The notes beneath the pieces are model-generated. The model worked only from the letters and a program-made list of their open reading frames with translations. It searched no databases and was not told the DNA's origin. From a virus (Duplodnaviria > Caudoviricetes), in the IMG/VR virus record IMGVR_UViG_3300032373_000001: a stretch of DNA of 64,000 nucleotides; one strand, given 5' to 3'. Every line of letters begins with the position of its first letter. Position 1 is the stretch's first letter. Positions 18,286 to 27,923 of this stretch are shown here, in pieces. Both the position numbers and the translations under genes were made by a program.

Positions 18286-21200
18286 TCAGTTAGCTGCCTC
18301 GATCGTGCCAGTAGTGATGGTGATGCTCTTCGGAAGGACTGCGCCGCCTTCCGGGAAGAACTCTGTTCCATCCAACGGGGCACCGCCCCCGATCAGGGAT
18401 TGCGCGCTGAGGTCCACCACCCCTTGACCCCAAGGCCCCGGACGCGAGTAGGGGCTGGTGTCATCGACCAACTCGTAGGCCGCAGCACCATTGCCAGCCG
18501 TGCCGGGGGTCCCATCCGGGTTGGGGTCGGTATCCGGGTCTGCCGAAGAGGGGGGAACATTGTCCCCCATGAGGGACGACAAGAGGAAGTCGTCTTCCCT
18601 CGGGGTCACGTCCTCCAGGACGAACAGGGCCTCTTGATTGTACCCAAACCGAGGACCCGTCGGGGGTGCCTCCCACCCAGGACCGCGCGCATTGGGGTAC
18701 AAGACCGGCGTCGGCGAGGTGTTGTTCGTGAGGGCCTCGCCGCCTCCCGCAGTGGAGTTTCCTGCACCGTAGGTTCCGCCGCCAGGGATGAAGATGGAGG
18801 TCTGGTTGAACAGGACTGCAGAGCCCCGGATGACCGCCCCCTGACGAGCACCGATGCCTGCCGGCCCCCCTTCCACAGTGAACTCGTTGGCATACTGTGA
18901 GCCATCCAGCTCCAGCAGCGCCAGCTCGTCGCAAGCCAGAGAAAGGTGGACGGAATCCCCAGCTTCGTCCTCGCAGTACTCCACCCCCGCGTACAAGGAG
19001 TCCTCACCATCCTGGAACTCCACCACGTTGTAGGGGTCATTGAGGACCAGCTTCTCCGCATCCGACAAGGTAGTCGAAGGGTCATTGAGGGCGCTGCCGT
19101 TGACCAGGACCGTAGTGGTGTACTCGCCCCTGCTTTTGGGGACTGGGGGGGTCCCCTCGTTGAGAATCGTGACCGACCCTTCCAGCGGCTGGGAGCAGAG
19201 GTACTCCTTGGTCTCGGGCCGCTTCGGGGCGAAGGTTACGGTGATCGGATATCGGTTGCCGGGCAGGGCCGTGGAGAAGGAAATCTCCTGGGTAGGTTCC
19301 TCAAAGCTCCAGGCGCTGGAGCTGAGGACTGAGCCGTCCACCTGGACGTTGAAGATCCGGTCGCCCAAGACCGCCGAGTCGAACAGGTTGGCGGTCTTAC
19401 TGGTTCGAGAAGTAAACGTGCGGACCTCGGGGGTCACATCCCGAGTAAACTCGCCTGAGCGGAACGTGGTTGCCCGGTTGAGCACCATGCCTTGCGGGGC
19501 CAGGGCATACCCATCATAGTCACCCCGGAGCCTGTACCGGAGAGACTTCCAGCGGCTCTGGGAGATGGCTTCGGGGTCCACCGCACCGAATTCAACGCAG
19601 CCCCTACTGGTGGGGAGCACCGGGAGTTGGGAGTACTCCACCCAGCCCCAGGCAGCGTCCAAGTCTGTGGCCGGAGTCACCCGGCCGAGACCTGTCGCGG
19701 GGGATGGGAGGTCTGGGCGGTAGAGAGTGACTCCCCAGATCGGATCGAGCAGCAGGCGCACTTGCATGTAGGAGCGCCAATCCATCTCGACAGGTGCCGC
19801 ACTCAAGGACGAGTTGGGCTCAGTGCTGGAGTCCGAACGCGGGATCACCCAACCGTCAAGGGTAGACGCCGAACCGGAGCGCTTCCGAAGACCCAGCGTT
19901 CGACCCAAAGTGGAGCCGCTCAGGGCAACGGGCCGCAGAGGGATCAGGGAAGTGGACTCGACGCTCCAGGTCGCCGCCCCATCTCCGCGAGCCCCCAAAA
20001 TTGCTCGAGGAGACCCGGCTTGACTGGCGAAGCTGCTGAGCGCTTCCGATGCCAAGACCGCATCATCCACCACAACCACGACCGAGTCTGCGACTGGGTC
20101 CAAGCTCATTCGGTAGGTGTGGTATGCGCCATCGTCCCAAGCATAGGAGATCGAGGCGATCTCCGCCCCAGAGTTGTCCACCAAGATGAGGGCAGAGTCT
20201 TTCCACCCCAGGACCACTTCCCGCACCGTACCTGAAGAGACCTCGACCCGGCACCCGAACGTCGGACCCAGCCCGACCGAGCCGGCAGTGCCCGAAGAGA
20301 TGAGGAGCCGAGACTCACTGACTACGCCCTCGTATTCGGCAGTAGCCGGTGCCTCCAGCTCCTGACACCACTCGCCATTCTGGGCAGCGGTCTTGGTCAG
20401 GTCCAGGACCTGACCTCGAACACTCACTGTAGGAAGCGTTCCGGATCCGGCTTCCCAACCGTCGTTCAGCGGAGTAAGGAGCCCGCTCAAGGAAGCTGAG
20501 GGGAGATCCGCAACCAGCGCTCGACCAGTGGCCGAAGTTGTGTAGAGCAAGGTCGTCAGCTCTACCTCACGGCCAGTATCCGCCAGTCGGATACTGACAT
20601 CCCCAGCCCCCAAATAGCCGCTCTCAACACGGAAGTCCGCAGTGAGGTCCGTAATGACCTTGGGGTTGAGATAGGGCTCCGTGCGCTGGTAGCCGAAGCG
20701 TAGCGGGAGGGAGCCGCTCCCAGAAGTGCTCTTAAGGACCAGCTGACCCCCCGTCGAGTCGACCTCCGAATAGCCGAAGCCCCCTCGAATGTACCAAGAG
20801 TCCGTGGACTCTTGGTCGGGGAGGACATTCATCTCAGTCAGGACGTACAGGCCCCGAACCAGCCGCAGCAGGGCTTCGGGTCGTGCCCGATATTGAGTGA
20901 TGTCCCACAGGGAACTGCTGACGGCAGGACGGGAGATCGAGCCCCAGAAGGCGATGCCGTCTTTGTCCTCTGGAAGGAGCAAAGATGTCTGCGCTGGGTA
21001 GGGGGCTACCTCACTGATGGTCGCTATAGTCCCGCCGACTTCCCCGCTGAGGGTGAGTTCAATTGAGCCTTCCGGCCACTCCCCGAGTGCACTCAAGGTG
21101 ACCAGGTTCTCATCCCAAGGGACTTCGAAGAAGACCTCAAAGCCGGTGGCCCCTACCTGATCCAAGTCTGCGGGCAGCGAGGGCTCAAGGTCGATGACAA

Positions 21201-23667
21201 CCGTCACCCCATCTTCTTGAAGCTCGATGCCGCACTCAGAAATCGTGTAGATACCAGCCTGAGCCCCCTCAGCTACGCGAAGGCGACTACCCGCCCCCAC
21301 GCCCGACGGAAGAGAACTGAATGGGACGCTGACCTGAGAAGAAGCCAGGGCTGTTGCTGTCGCCTTTGGACCGATCTCCCAACTGGCTTCGAGCTGAGGA
21401 TTCTCCGCGTCTACCAGGACCCCGACATGACGGAACCCGTTGACGACCAAGGCCCCAGCCAAGAAGAGGTGATTGCCGTTGTAGAATCCGAAGGCAACGC
21501 CCGTGAACACCCCATCTGCAGTATAGCTTTCAACCTGGAACCGGGCGAACTGGTTGATCTGGGCCGGCAGAGCCAGATCAAACTCCCGCCCGTAGACCGC
21601 TGCGGTCCCTGTGGAGTAGGTGCCGGAAGAGGCATCGATGACCCGATAAGTGCCGTCCCCTACCGACCCCCCAGCATCAACACCGCTCAAGGTCCAAGGG
21701 GTAGCGGCTTCGGAAGGGGTCGCCTGACCGTCGAAACTGCCGGACTGCTCCTCGGCCTGCGCGAGAATACCACCCTCAGCATAAGCATGAGGGTTCTTGT
21801 TCAAGAGCAGGGTCGTCGGCTGATTGAGGAGCGCCGAGTACTCCTTCTGGAAGCCGATGTAGCGATGGGCGACCTTCTTCGGGGAGCTGCGAACAGCAGT
21901 CGGGCCCAAGATAGACCGCATCGGGAACCTGGCAGTACTGACTGCCCCTGGGCCTGGAGGAGAGGTCTTGTACTGAGTCCCGACCGGATTCGCCCAAGAG
22001 TTGAGGACCAGCCCCGGAGTGTTGAGCCCCGCCATCGCAAAGGTCGGATTCGGGAACCAGATGTAATCGACCTCAACCGAGAAGGTCCCCGGCGCGGCTC
22101 GCGGGATCGGAAGCGCCGGGTAGATCTCCCCGACGTAGGGGTTGACCGACGAGATCTCGATCGGAGACCCGTCCAGGCGAACCTCAACATCACCCTCCGT
22201 GGCCGGGGTAGCGTCCCCCCAACCACGGACCAACGGGCCCCGCTTGGTCCGAATGCGGTCTACTGCCAGGACGCTGCTGCCCGCAAAGCTGGAATTCAAG
22301 CCGTGGATGAAGTTCCAGGTACTGGTAAACAGGGTCGAAGAGGCACTGACGTCAACCGCGACCAACTTGAACAAGCTCACCGCATGAGCAGTACTCAAGA
22401 CCACTGCAGTGCCCGCACTGTAACTGGGCACGCCGGTAGCGGAAGCTACCGGGAAGGAGATCAGCGGAGTACCGTCCAGCAGAACGGCATAGATCCCAGC
22501 CTGTTGGTTCCTGACCAGACTCACGGTGACGGCTGCGGTGCTCCAAGAGGCGGGTGCCTGAGTCGAATAGGCACCCGAAGTGATGCCGAGGACCTTGATC
22601 CCCGCAACATCTTCCAGGCGTAGGTCTACTTGAATGGCCCCATCACTGACGCTCAAGGTGGCCAGCGTCGAGTTGAACACGGCCGGGGTGATCGCCGCAG
22701 ACGTCACGTCTACTTGGAAGTCGGCACGGTAGCTGCTGCCGGCAACGATGCGCCCAGTGTCATCCTCCAACGCCCAGCCGTAGGCGACGCCTGATGCCTT
22801 GCTCAAAATCAGGCCAGCAGGGTCCGCTACCGAAGTCCCCGTGCCGATTTCCACAGCGGTCAGGTTCGGGTCTGCCGAGGGAAGGACGCTGCCCGAATAC
22901 TGATAGACGTCGCTGGGGCCGACCGTGAGATTGTAGGTCGCGGACGTCATCGGGTGAAGGTCGAACTGCACCCTGCTGAGGACCGACGCATCCTGAGACG
23001 GACTGGACAGGGTCGGCGCGACCGGATAGGAAGTCGCGACTTCGTAGGAAGTTGTCGAGCCCACCCCGGGAGTGAACTGGGCTTCGGTCAGGAGGTCCTG
23101 AGGGTCACCGTTGGAGTCCTGGAAATCCAGTTGAACAGTACGCCCGTCGTCCGGGACGGGGAGTGAGACCTGAACCGCAGTGGTATCTCCCAGCGCGTAG
23201 AACAGCTCTGCGCCAGCGGAGAGGACATTCCCTGCGATGTCGGTCAGGTTCGAAGCGGTCAGGGAGTACTGACCGCCGAGGGTCGTGCCAGAATGGGTCA
23301 CGACTACCGAGGTGTAGCCCCCCTGAGTGCCCGCCGTGCCTCCAACAACCGAAGATGCCGTGACGGCAACGCCACTCAGCGCGACGAAGACGTAGTTAGT
23401 CCCCAAGAAGAGGGCGGCGTTGCCTGCCAACTCCTCGCTGAAGAAGACCTCGACCCGGAAACCGTCCAAGGGAACAACGGAACTGATCTCCGGAGGAATG
23501 ACATCCAGAGACCCATACGAGCCGGTCCCATACGGGCCGCCACCATAGCCGCCCGAGGCGAAAGTGGTGGGGCGTGGGAGTGCGCCGCTTCCGTAGGGGG
23601 AATATCCGTAGCTTGCACCCCCGTAACCGAGGCCCCCGAAGGTGAGCCCTGGAAGGAAGACGGGCAT
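18286..23667 (-). CDS. Large tail/baseplate structural protein with Ig-like and beta-sandwich domains
   Basis: 1793 aa, S/T/G/V-rich; Ig-like PPEISSVVPLDGFRVEVFFSEEL; lies between fibre genes and the DUF3751-like gene; AAGGAG RBS. Confidence 0.75.
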   Translation of the reverse strand: MPVFLPGLTFGGLGYGGASYGYSPYGSGALPRPTTFASGGYGGGPYGTGSYGSLDVIPPEISSVVPLDGFRVEVFFSEELAGNAALFLGTNYVFVALSGVAVTASSVVGGTAGTQGGYTSVVVTHSGTTLGGQYSLTASNLTDIAGNVLSAGAELFYALGDTTAVQVSLPVPDDGRTVQLDFQDSNGDPQDLLTEAQFTPGVGSTTSYEVATSYPVAPTLSSPSQDASVLSRVQFDLHPMTSATYNLTVGPSDVYQYSGSVLPSADPNLTAVEIGTGTSVADPAGLILSKASGVAYGWALEDDTGRIVAGSSYRADFQVDVTSAAITPAVFNSTLATLSVSDGAIQVDLRLEDVAGIKVLGITSGAYSTQAPASWSTAAVTVSLVRNQQAGIYAVLLDGTPLISFPVASATGVPSYSAGTAVVLSTAHAVSLFKLVAVDVSASSTLFTSTWNFIHGLNSSFAGSSVLAVDRIRTKRGPLVRGWGDATPATEGDVEVRLDGSPIEISSVNPYVGEIYPALPIPRAAPGTFSVEVDYIWFPNPTFAMAGLNTPGLVLNSWANPVGTQYKTSPPGPGAVSTARFPMRSILGPTAVRSSPKKVAHRYIGFQKEYSALLNQPTTLLLNKNPHAYAEGGILAQAEEQSGSFDGQATPSEAATPWTLSGVDAGGSVGDGTYRVIDASSGTYSTGTAAVYGREFDLALPAQINQFARFQVESYTADGVFTGVAFGFYNGNHLFLAGALVVNGFRHVGVLVDAENPQLEASWEIGPKATATALASSQVSVPFSSLPSGVGAGSRLRVAEGAQAGIYTISECGIELQEDGVTVVIDLEPSLPADLDQVGATGFEVFFEVPWDENLVTLSALGEWPEGSIELTLSGEVGGTIATISEVAPYPAQTSLLLPEDKDGIAFWGSISRPAVSSSLWDITQYRARPEALLRLVRGLYVLTEMNVLPDQESTDSWYIRGGFGYSEVDSTGGQLVLKSTSGSGSLPLRFGYQRTEPYLNPKVITDLTADFRVESGYLGAGDVSIRLADTGREVELTTLLYTTSATGRALVADLPSASLSGLLTPLNDGWEAGSGTLPTVSVRGQVLDLTKTAAQNGEWCQELEAPATAEYEGVVSESRLLISSGTAGSVGLGPTFGCRVEVSSGTVREVVLGWKDSALILVDNSGAEIASISYAWDDGAYHTYRMSLDPVADSVVVVVDDAVLASEALSSFASQAGSPRAILGARGDGAATWSVESTSLIPLRPVALSGSTLGRTLGLRKRSGSASTLDGWVIPRSDSSTEPNSSLSAAPVEMDWRSYMQVRLLLDPIWGVTLYRPDLPSPATGLGRVTPATDLDAAWGWVEYSQLPVLPTSRGCVEFGAVDPEAISQSRWKSLRYRLRGDYDGYALAPQGMVLNRATTFRSGEFTRDVTPEVRTFTSRTSKTANLFDSAVLGDRIFNVQVDGSVLSSSAWSFEEPTQEISFSTALPGNRYPITVTFAPKRPETKEYLCSQPLEGSVTILNEGTPPVPKSRGEYTTTVLVNGSALNDPSTTLSDAEKLVLNDPYNVVEFQDGEDSLYAGVEYCEDEAGDSVHLSLACDELALLELDGSQYANEFTVEGGPAGIGARQGAVIRGSAVLFNQTSIFIPGGGTYGAGNSTAGGGEALTNNTSPTPVLYPNARGPGWEAPPTGPRFGYNQEALFVLEDVTPREDDFLLSSLMGDNVPPSSADPDTDPNPDGTPGTAGNGAAAYELVDDTSPYSRPGPWGQGVVDLSAQSLIGGGAPLDGTEFFPEGGAVLPKSITITTGTIEAAN

Positions 23668-23693
23668 CGAAGCTCCTTAGCTTAATGAGCTGA

Positions 23694-23716
23694 CTGATAG
23701 GGGCTCTACCTATCAG
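23694..23716. promoter_or_regulatory. Perfect 8-bp inverted repeat CTGATAGG-N7-CCTATCAG
   Basis: Read directly, in the gap between two tail genes; no U-tract. Confidence 0.45.
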
Positions 23717-26625
23717 AGGGCCTCGAACACGAGGTCAAAGTAGATCCCTTCCCCGTTGAAGCTGACGCTGTCCGAAGTAAAAGCGATCGTCCAGCGCTCA
23801 CCATCCGCAAACTCCAAATCGCCGGAGACCCCTGTTAGGTCGACCGAAGTGACAGCGTCTGCGGTCAGGCTGTTCATGTCGTAGGGGGTGCTGAGGAGCA
23901 TGGTGTTCCCCGTCGCATTGTTGGTTAGGGCCATGGTGTAGTTGCCCGCCGTGTTCTTCGTGGCCATGTAGACCCGGAGCTTGGTTGCCCGGCAAGCCCC
24001 GAAGGCCCAACCCCTGTACTCCACAGTATCGTTGGCAACCTCGGGCACATCCCGGTGGTACGGGATGAGAAGACCACCGGAGGAAGAAACCACCTGGGAG
24101 GGGAGCGCATCGGACGCCCCCCTGTAGTAGAGGGCTCCTTGGGTCTCCCCGTTGGTACCATCCGAAACGTAGATGGCACCCTCCCCGGCAGCAGTCGCCG
24201 GGCGACCCGCCTCCGTGAAGATCATGCCGGTGGGGTCGATCAATCCTGGGACCGTCAGCTTGCCGGTGATGGCGTTGTAGATCAGCGGGTTGGCCCTGCT
24301 GGAGCCGATGGTGATCTCCCCATCCGCACTGACCTTCAGGTCAACCATGGAAGGCCACGTGCCAGCCACCATGCTCTGACCCGAGAAGGCGCCGAGGGCA
24401 GCATCCACCCCAGCTTCCGCATTCAAGAAGAACACCTCGGCGTTCGGACCCGAGGCAGTCGTCGTCAGTCGGAGCACTCCGCCGCCAGAGTCCGCTGCAG
24501 TGACTTCCCCTGTGGCATCGAACTTGGTGATCACGTCCCCGATGAGGTCGGCCGCATCTATCGAGATCTCGACAGCGCCCATCTCCGTAGCGAAGCGGAT
24601 AAGGCCCGTCACTCCCCCTACGAAGGCTCCAGCAGCCGTCAAGGTGGCAGCCGTTGCGTCCTCGACCCGAACAAGCTGGATGAGCCCTACGTTCCCGGCA
24701 GTGCTGCCTCCCGGGGCAACGTAGAGGCTCCCCCCATCGCCCCCGCCAGCATCAGTGCCGGTGCCGGCCTGCATGTAGACAGAAGAGGCCGTAACGGTGG
24801 GGTCCAGGGAATCCCCGCCCCGAAGAATGACGCGACCGACTTGCCCGCCCCCCGACGCCGAGCGAGTGCCGCCCCGCCAATTGTAGTTGTGTTGGGTGGG
24901 TGCTCCAGTGCTGTCAGCCAAGAACAGGGCAGAGCTCCCAAAGGCATTGTCGTTGGCCCAGATTTCCCGCCCCATCAAGAGAGAAGGCCCGTTCCCATAC
25001 GGGTTGGGATCCAAGGAGATCTCGGGCTTGTTGACGGCCCCCAGATAAAGGGAGGAGACCACCTCCAGCGACCCATTACCATTGGCTGCGGGGATCGGGT
25101 CGCTGGGGGAGGAAGCATCAACGATCTGAACGGGACCCGCCGATGCAACGATGGTCCGCCCAGAGCCCGTGATGCCAGGGTCCCCTCCGTTGTACGCATC
25201 GTCCAGCGTCAGCGTGGCGATGGCTGCCGTGTAGACCTCATCAAGTGCCTCTTGGACATCGGAGGAAGTGAGGCCGGAGGACGTGTTGTCGTAGAAGAGG
25301 GTCTTGCTTAGGACCTCGGACTCATAGGTCGCAGGAGCCCCCACCGGGAAGGTGACCGACGTGTAAACGCACGAACTCAGCTTGAGTTCATTGGTGCCCG
25401 TGCCAGTCGAATCGTAAGAGACAGTCCCCAGAGCGCTCCACCGAGCTTGAAGGATCTGATCCAAGGCAGCCGCGCTGGCTGAGGGGTTGACCGCAACGGT
25501 GCTGAGGGTTCCCCCGCTGAGTACTGCATGGTAAAGTTCAGCGGTGCCAGGGTCCACGCTCAGGGCATACTCGCCCGAAGAGGTGACCTCGCCTCCATAC
25601 ATGGTGAAGGAGCCGCTCGAGAGCAACATGCCCCGGAGCTCGATCCGGCAGTCCCTGAAGGTCGTGGTCGCCGACCCGCTCATCTGAACGCTGGTACTGG
25701 CTATCGAGGCTGCCGCGTTGCTCCGGAACGTACAGCGCCGTGCCTCGACCACTACGCTCCCGCTGACCGTCAGCGCAGGCCCTTGAGGGCTGGCAGCGCC
25801 TCCCGCCAAGACGTCGCAGTCTATCAGATAGAGGGAACCGCTGCCCGAGGCGTCGAGGACCCCACTGGCCGTGGCCGCCGTCTGCTCGAAGAAGATTCCC
25901 CGGACCAATAGGGAGTCCGCCAGGACTGGGACCGTCAGGAGGTGCGAAGAGACCGTATTGTTCCGGACCCGGACCAGACCCCCCTCCTCGTCCCCAGGCC
26001 AAGCCAAGAGGTGGACGTTGGGGAAGAACGTGAGGTCTTCCGTGTACAAGGCGGGGCGGGCCAGAACCACATACGGGTCCGAGGGCGTTGCCCCGGCAGC
26101 ATCCGCAGCGGCCATAGCAGACTGAAGGGTCTGGTAGTCCCCTTGCTCAGGGTCCACATACAGGACCTTGCCCGAAGCCTGGGCCGGACGAATCAGGCCC
26201 AGGATGCCCAGCAAGTTGCCATTCTGCTCGTCGGCCCAACCGGCCGCAGTGATGTCCACCGGCACGTTGACAGTATCGACACGCTCCCCTGCGGCGACCA
26301 GCTTCAGCGACCCGAGCTCCGTCAGCGCCCGGAGCCTCACGTACTGCTCCGTGGTGCCCGTGGCATCTGTAAACTCCAACCGAATGAGGTAGGAGCCCTC
26401 CTCGTCTACCGTGAAATCCCCTGGACTCTGGGCCGTGGAACTGCCGCTGAACGCAGCGGCGCTCCCTTCTGGCTTGTATGCGATGATCCAGGAGTACGCG
26501 GTGCCCACGTTGACCGAGGTGAGCTGGACCACATCGTTGACCTCAAGGTCATCCCGACTGGCATCCGTGACCGAAGCCTTCGGAACAGGAGCGGTGACCT
26601 CACTCTGGATAGAAGCGGTTGCCAT
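23713..26625 (-). CDS. Tail fibre/spike with PKD-like N-terminus and pectin-lyase-like beta-helix
   Basis: VLYVDPEQGDYQTLQSAM...PYVVLARPALYTEDL beta-helix cap. N-terminal ~140 aa paralogous to 26637..27377. Confidence 0.75.
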   Translation of the reverse strand: MATASIQSEVTAPVPKASVTDASRDDLEVNDVVQLTSVNVGTAYSWIIAYKPEGSAAAFSGSSTAQSPGDFTVDEEGSYLIRLEFTDATGTTEQYVRLRALTELGSLKLVAAGERVDTVNVPVDITAAGWADEQNGNLLGILGLIRPAQASGKVLYVDPEQGDYQTLQSAMAAADAAGATPSDPYVVLARPALYTEDLTFFPNVHLLAWPGDEEGGLVRVRNNTVSSHLLTVPVLADSLLVRGIFFEQTAATASGVLDASGSGSLYLIDCDVLAGGAASPQGPALTVSGSVVVEARRCTFRSNAAASIASTSVQMSGSATTTFRDCRIELRGMLLSSGSFTMYGGEVTSSGEYALSVDPGTAELYHAVLSGGTLSTVAVNPSASAAALDQILQARWSALGTVSYDSTGTGTNELKLSSCVYTSVTFPVGAPATYESEVLSKTLFYDNTSSGLTSSDVQEALDEVYTAAIATLTLDDAYNGGDPGITGSGRTIVASAGPVQIVDASSPSDPIPAANGNGSLEVVSSLYLGAVNKPEISLDPNPYGNGPSLLMGREIWANDNAFGSSALFLADSTGAPTQHNYNWRGGTRSASGGGQVGRVILRGGDSLDPTVTASSVYMQAGTGTDAGGGDGGSLYVAPGGSTAGNVGLIQLVRVEDATAATLTAAGAFVGGVTGLIRFATEMGAVEISIDAADLIGDVITKFDATGEVTAADSGGGVLRLTTTASGPNAEVFFLNAEAGVDAALGAFSGQSMVAGTWPSMVDLKVSADGEITIGSSRANPLIYNAITGKLTVPGLIDPTGMIFTEAGRPATAAGEGAIYVSDGTNGETQGALYYRGASDALPSQVVSSSGGLLIPYHRDVPEVANDTVEYRGWAFGACRATKLRVYMATKNTAGNYTMALTNNATGNTMLLSTPYDMNSLTADAVTSVDLTGVSGDLEFADGERWTIAFTSDSVSFNGEGIYFDLVFEAL

Positions 26626-26636
26626 CTATGATCTCC

Positions 26637-27377
26637 TCAAGGGGTCTGGGTTCCGATGTAGTTGCTGGACCCCAAGTGGATCAACCGGAACACGGTATAG
26701 GCCAACGCACCCGCCGCCGGACTGCCCGAACCGCCCGCCCAAGCGACGGACACAGGCCACGTGAGGCTATGACCACCGACCCCATCCTGCTGAAACACAA
26801 CACGCACTTCCGCCCCGTCCGGAGGGTCAGTGAAGGTGAAGGTGGTGTTGCCTGTGGCTTGGTAGGAATAGGTGAAGGCTGTGGCCCAGTTGATCGCTTT
26901 GGAGCCGGAGCCGGAGCCGGAGCCGGACGCCAAGAGTCCGTTGGCCCTGCGGGTCAAGGTCTCAAGGGTGAGCAAGTTGCCGTTCTGCTCATGAGCCCAG
27001 CCCACGGGATCGATGTCTACCGGGATGACACCTTCAGCGTCCCTTCGCTCACCGCCCGCAACCAGCTTCAGCCCTTCGTCCGTCAACGCGCGGAGGCGGA
27101 CATACTGAGTGGCCTCGGTGCCCAGGCCCGCATCGACCACGAGCCGGACCAGGTAGGAGCCGACCAGGTCCGCCACAAAGCTGCCAGGCGAGAGCGCGGT
27201 GGGGTCTCCGCTGAACGTGGCCGCACTGCCTTCCGGAACATAGACCAGGGTCCAGGCATAAGTGGTGGCGGAGTCCAAAGAAGAAACCGTGACGGTGTCC
27301 GTCGCGACCAAATCATCCCGGCTCTGCTCGTCGATGGGAGTAATGCCGTTGCGTAGACTTTGAATCCGAGCGGCCAT
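26637..27377 (-). CDS. Short tail fibre, paralogous anchor domain + different C-terminal domain
   Basis: Shares SRDDL, PEGSAA.FSG, QYVRLRALT, LKLVA.GER, GWA.EQNGNLL with 23713..26625; (GS)n linker; C-terminal INW...TFTFT...VFQQDGVGGHSLTWP..V.W typical of phage tail C-terminal domains. Confidence 0.75.
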   Translation of the reverse strand: MAARIQSLRNGITPIDEQSRDDLVATDTVTVSSLDSATTYAWTLVYVPEGSAATFSGDPTALSPGSFVADLVGSYLVRLVVDAGLGTEATQYVRLRALTDEGLKLVAGGERRDAEGVIPVDIDPVGWAHEQNGNLLTLETLTRRANGLLASGSGSGSGSKAINWATAFTYSYQATGNTTFTFTDPPDGAEVRVVFQQDGVGGHSLTWPVSVAWAGGSGSPAAGALAYTVFRLIHLGSSNYIGTQTP

Positions 27378-27454
27378 GGGGAAGAGTGCCTCCTGAAGTC
27401 AGGTCAAGAATAGCCCTTCGACCGGAGGGGTACTCTTCCTCGGAAGGGAGCCCC

Positions 27455-27850
27455 ATGAGTCTCGCATACGAAGTCTTGAGTGCCCAGCTGGAAGACCCTC
27501 GGAACCTGCTTGTTTTGATCCGGGAACTCCGCCGCCGCAAAGCCAATGACATGAAGTTCCTCATTGGACCCTTCAAGACCAAGTCCGGCCAGTGGGTGTA
27601 CCCGCTGCTTCGAGACTACATGGCTCAGACGCCCCCTTACAAAAGTGTCGAGGACATTTCCTTCACCTACTATATTCTCGACGACGGCGACGGGTTTTGG
27701 GTAATCAACTCCAGCGGGGAAGAGATGGGGCCGTTTGACGCGCCCCAGAAAGCCATGGAAGAGGTCAAGACGTTGGCTCGTTCGAACGGCTACACCATCG
27801 TGCAAGAAGCAGCATGGGACGGGGACGACATCAAGAACTTCCCCCTCTGA
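27455..27850 (+). CDS. Hypothetical protein
   Basis: Start moved to MSLAYEV with GGGAG RBS; divergent from the fibre genes. Confidence 0.65.
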   Translation: MSLAYEVLSAQLEDPRNLLVLIRELRRRKANDMKFLIGPFKTKSGQWVYPLLRDYMAQTPPYKSVEDISFTYYILDDGDGFWVINSSGEEMGPFDAPQKAMEEVKTLARSNGYTIVQEAAWDGDDIKNFPL

Positions 27851-27923
27851 CAGAGGACTTGGAGTTGAGCTTGGGGGCCGTAATGAGACCTGCACCCAAG
27901 CTCGACCAAAGGGAAGCCGCTAA

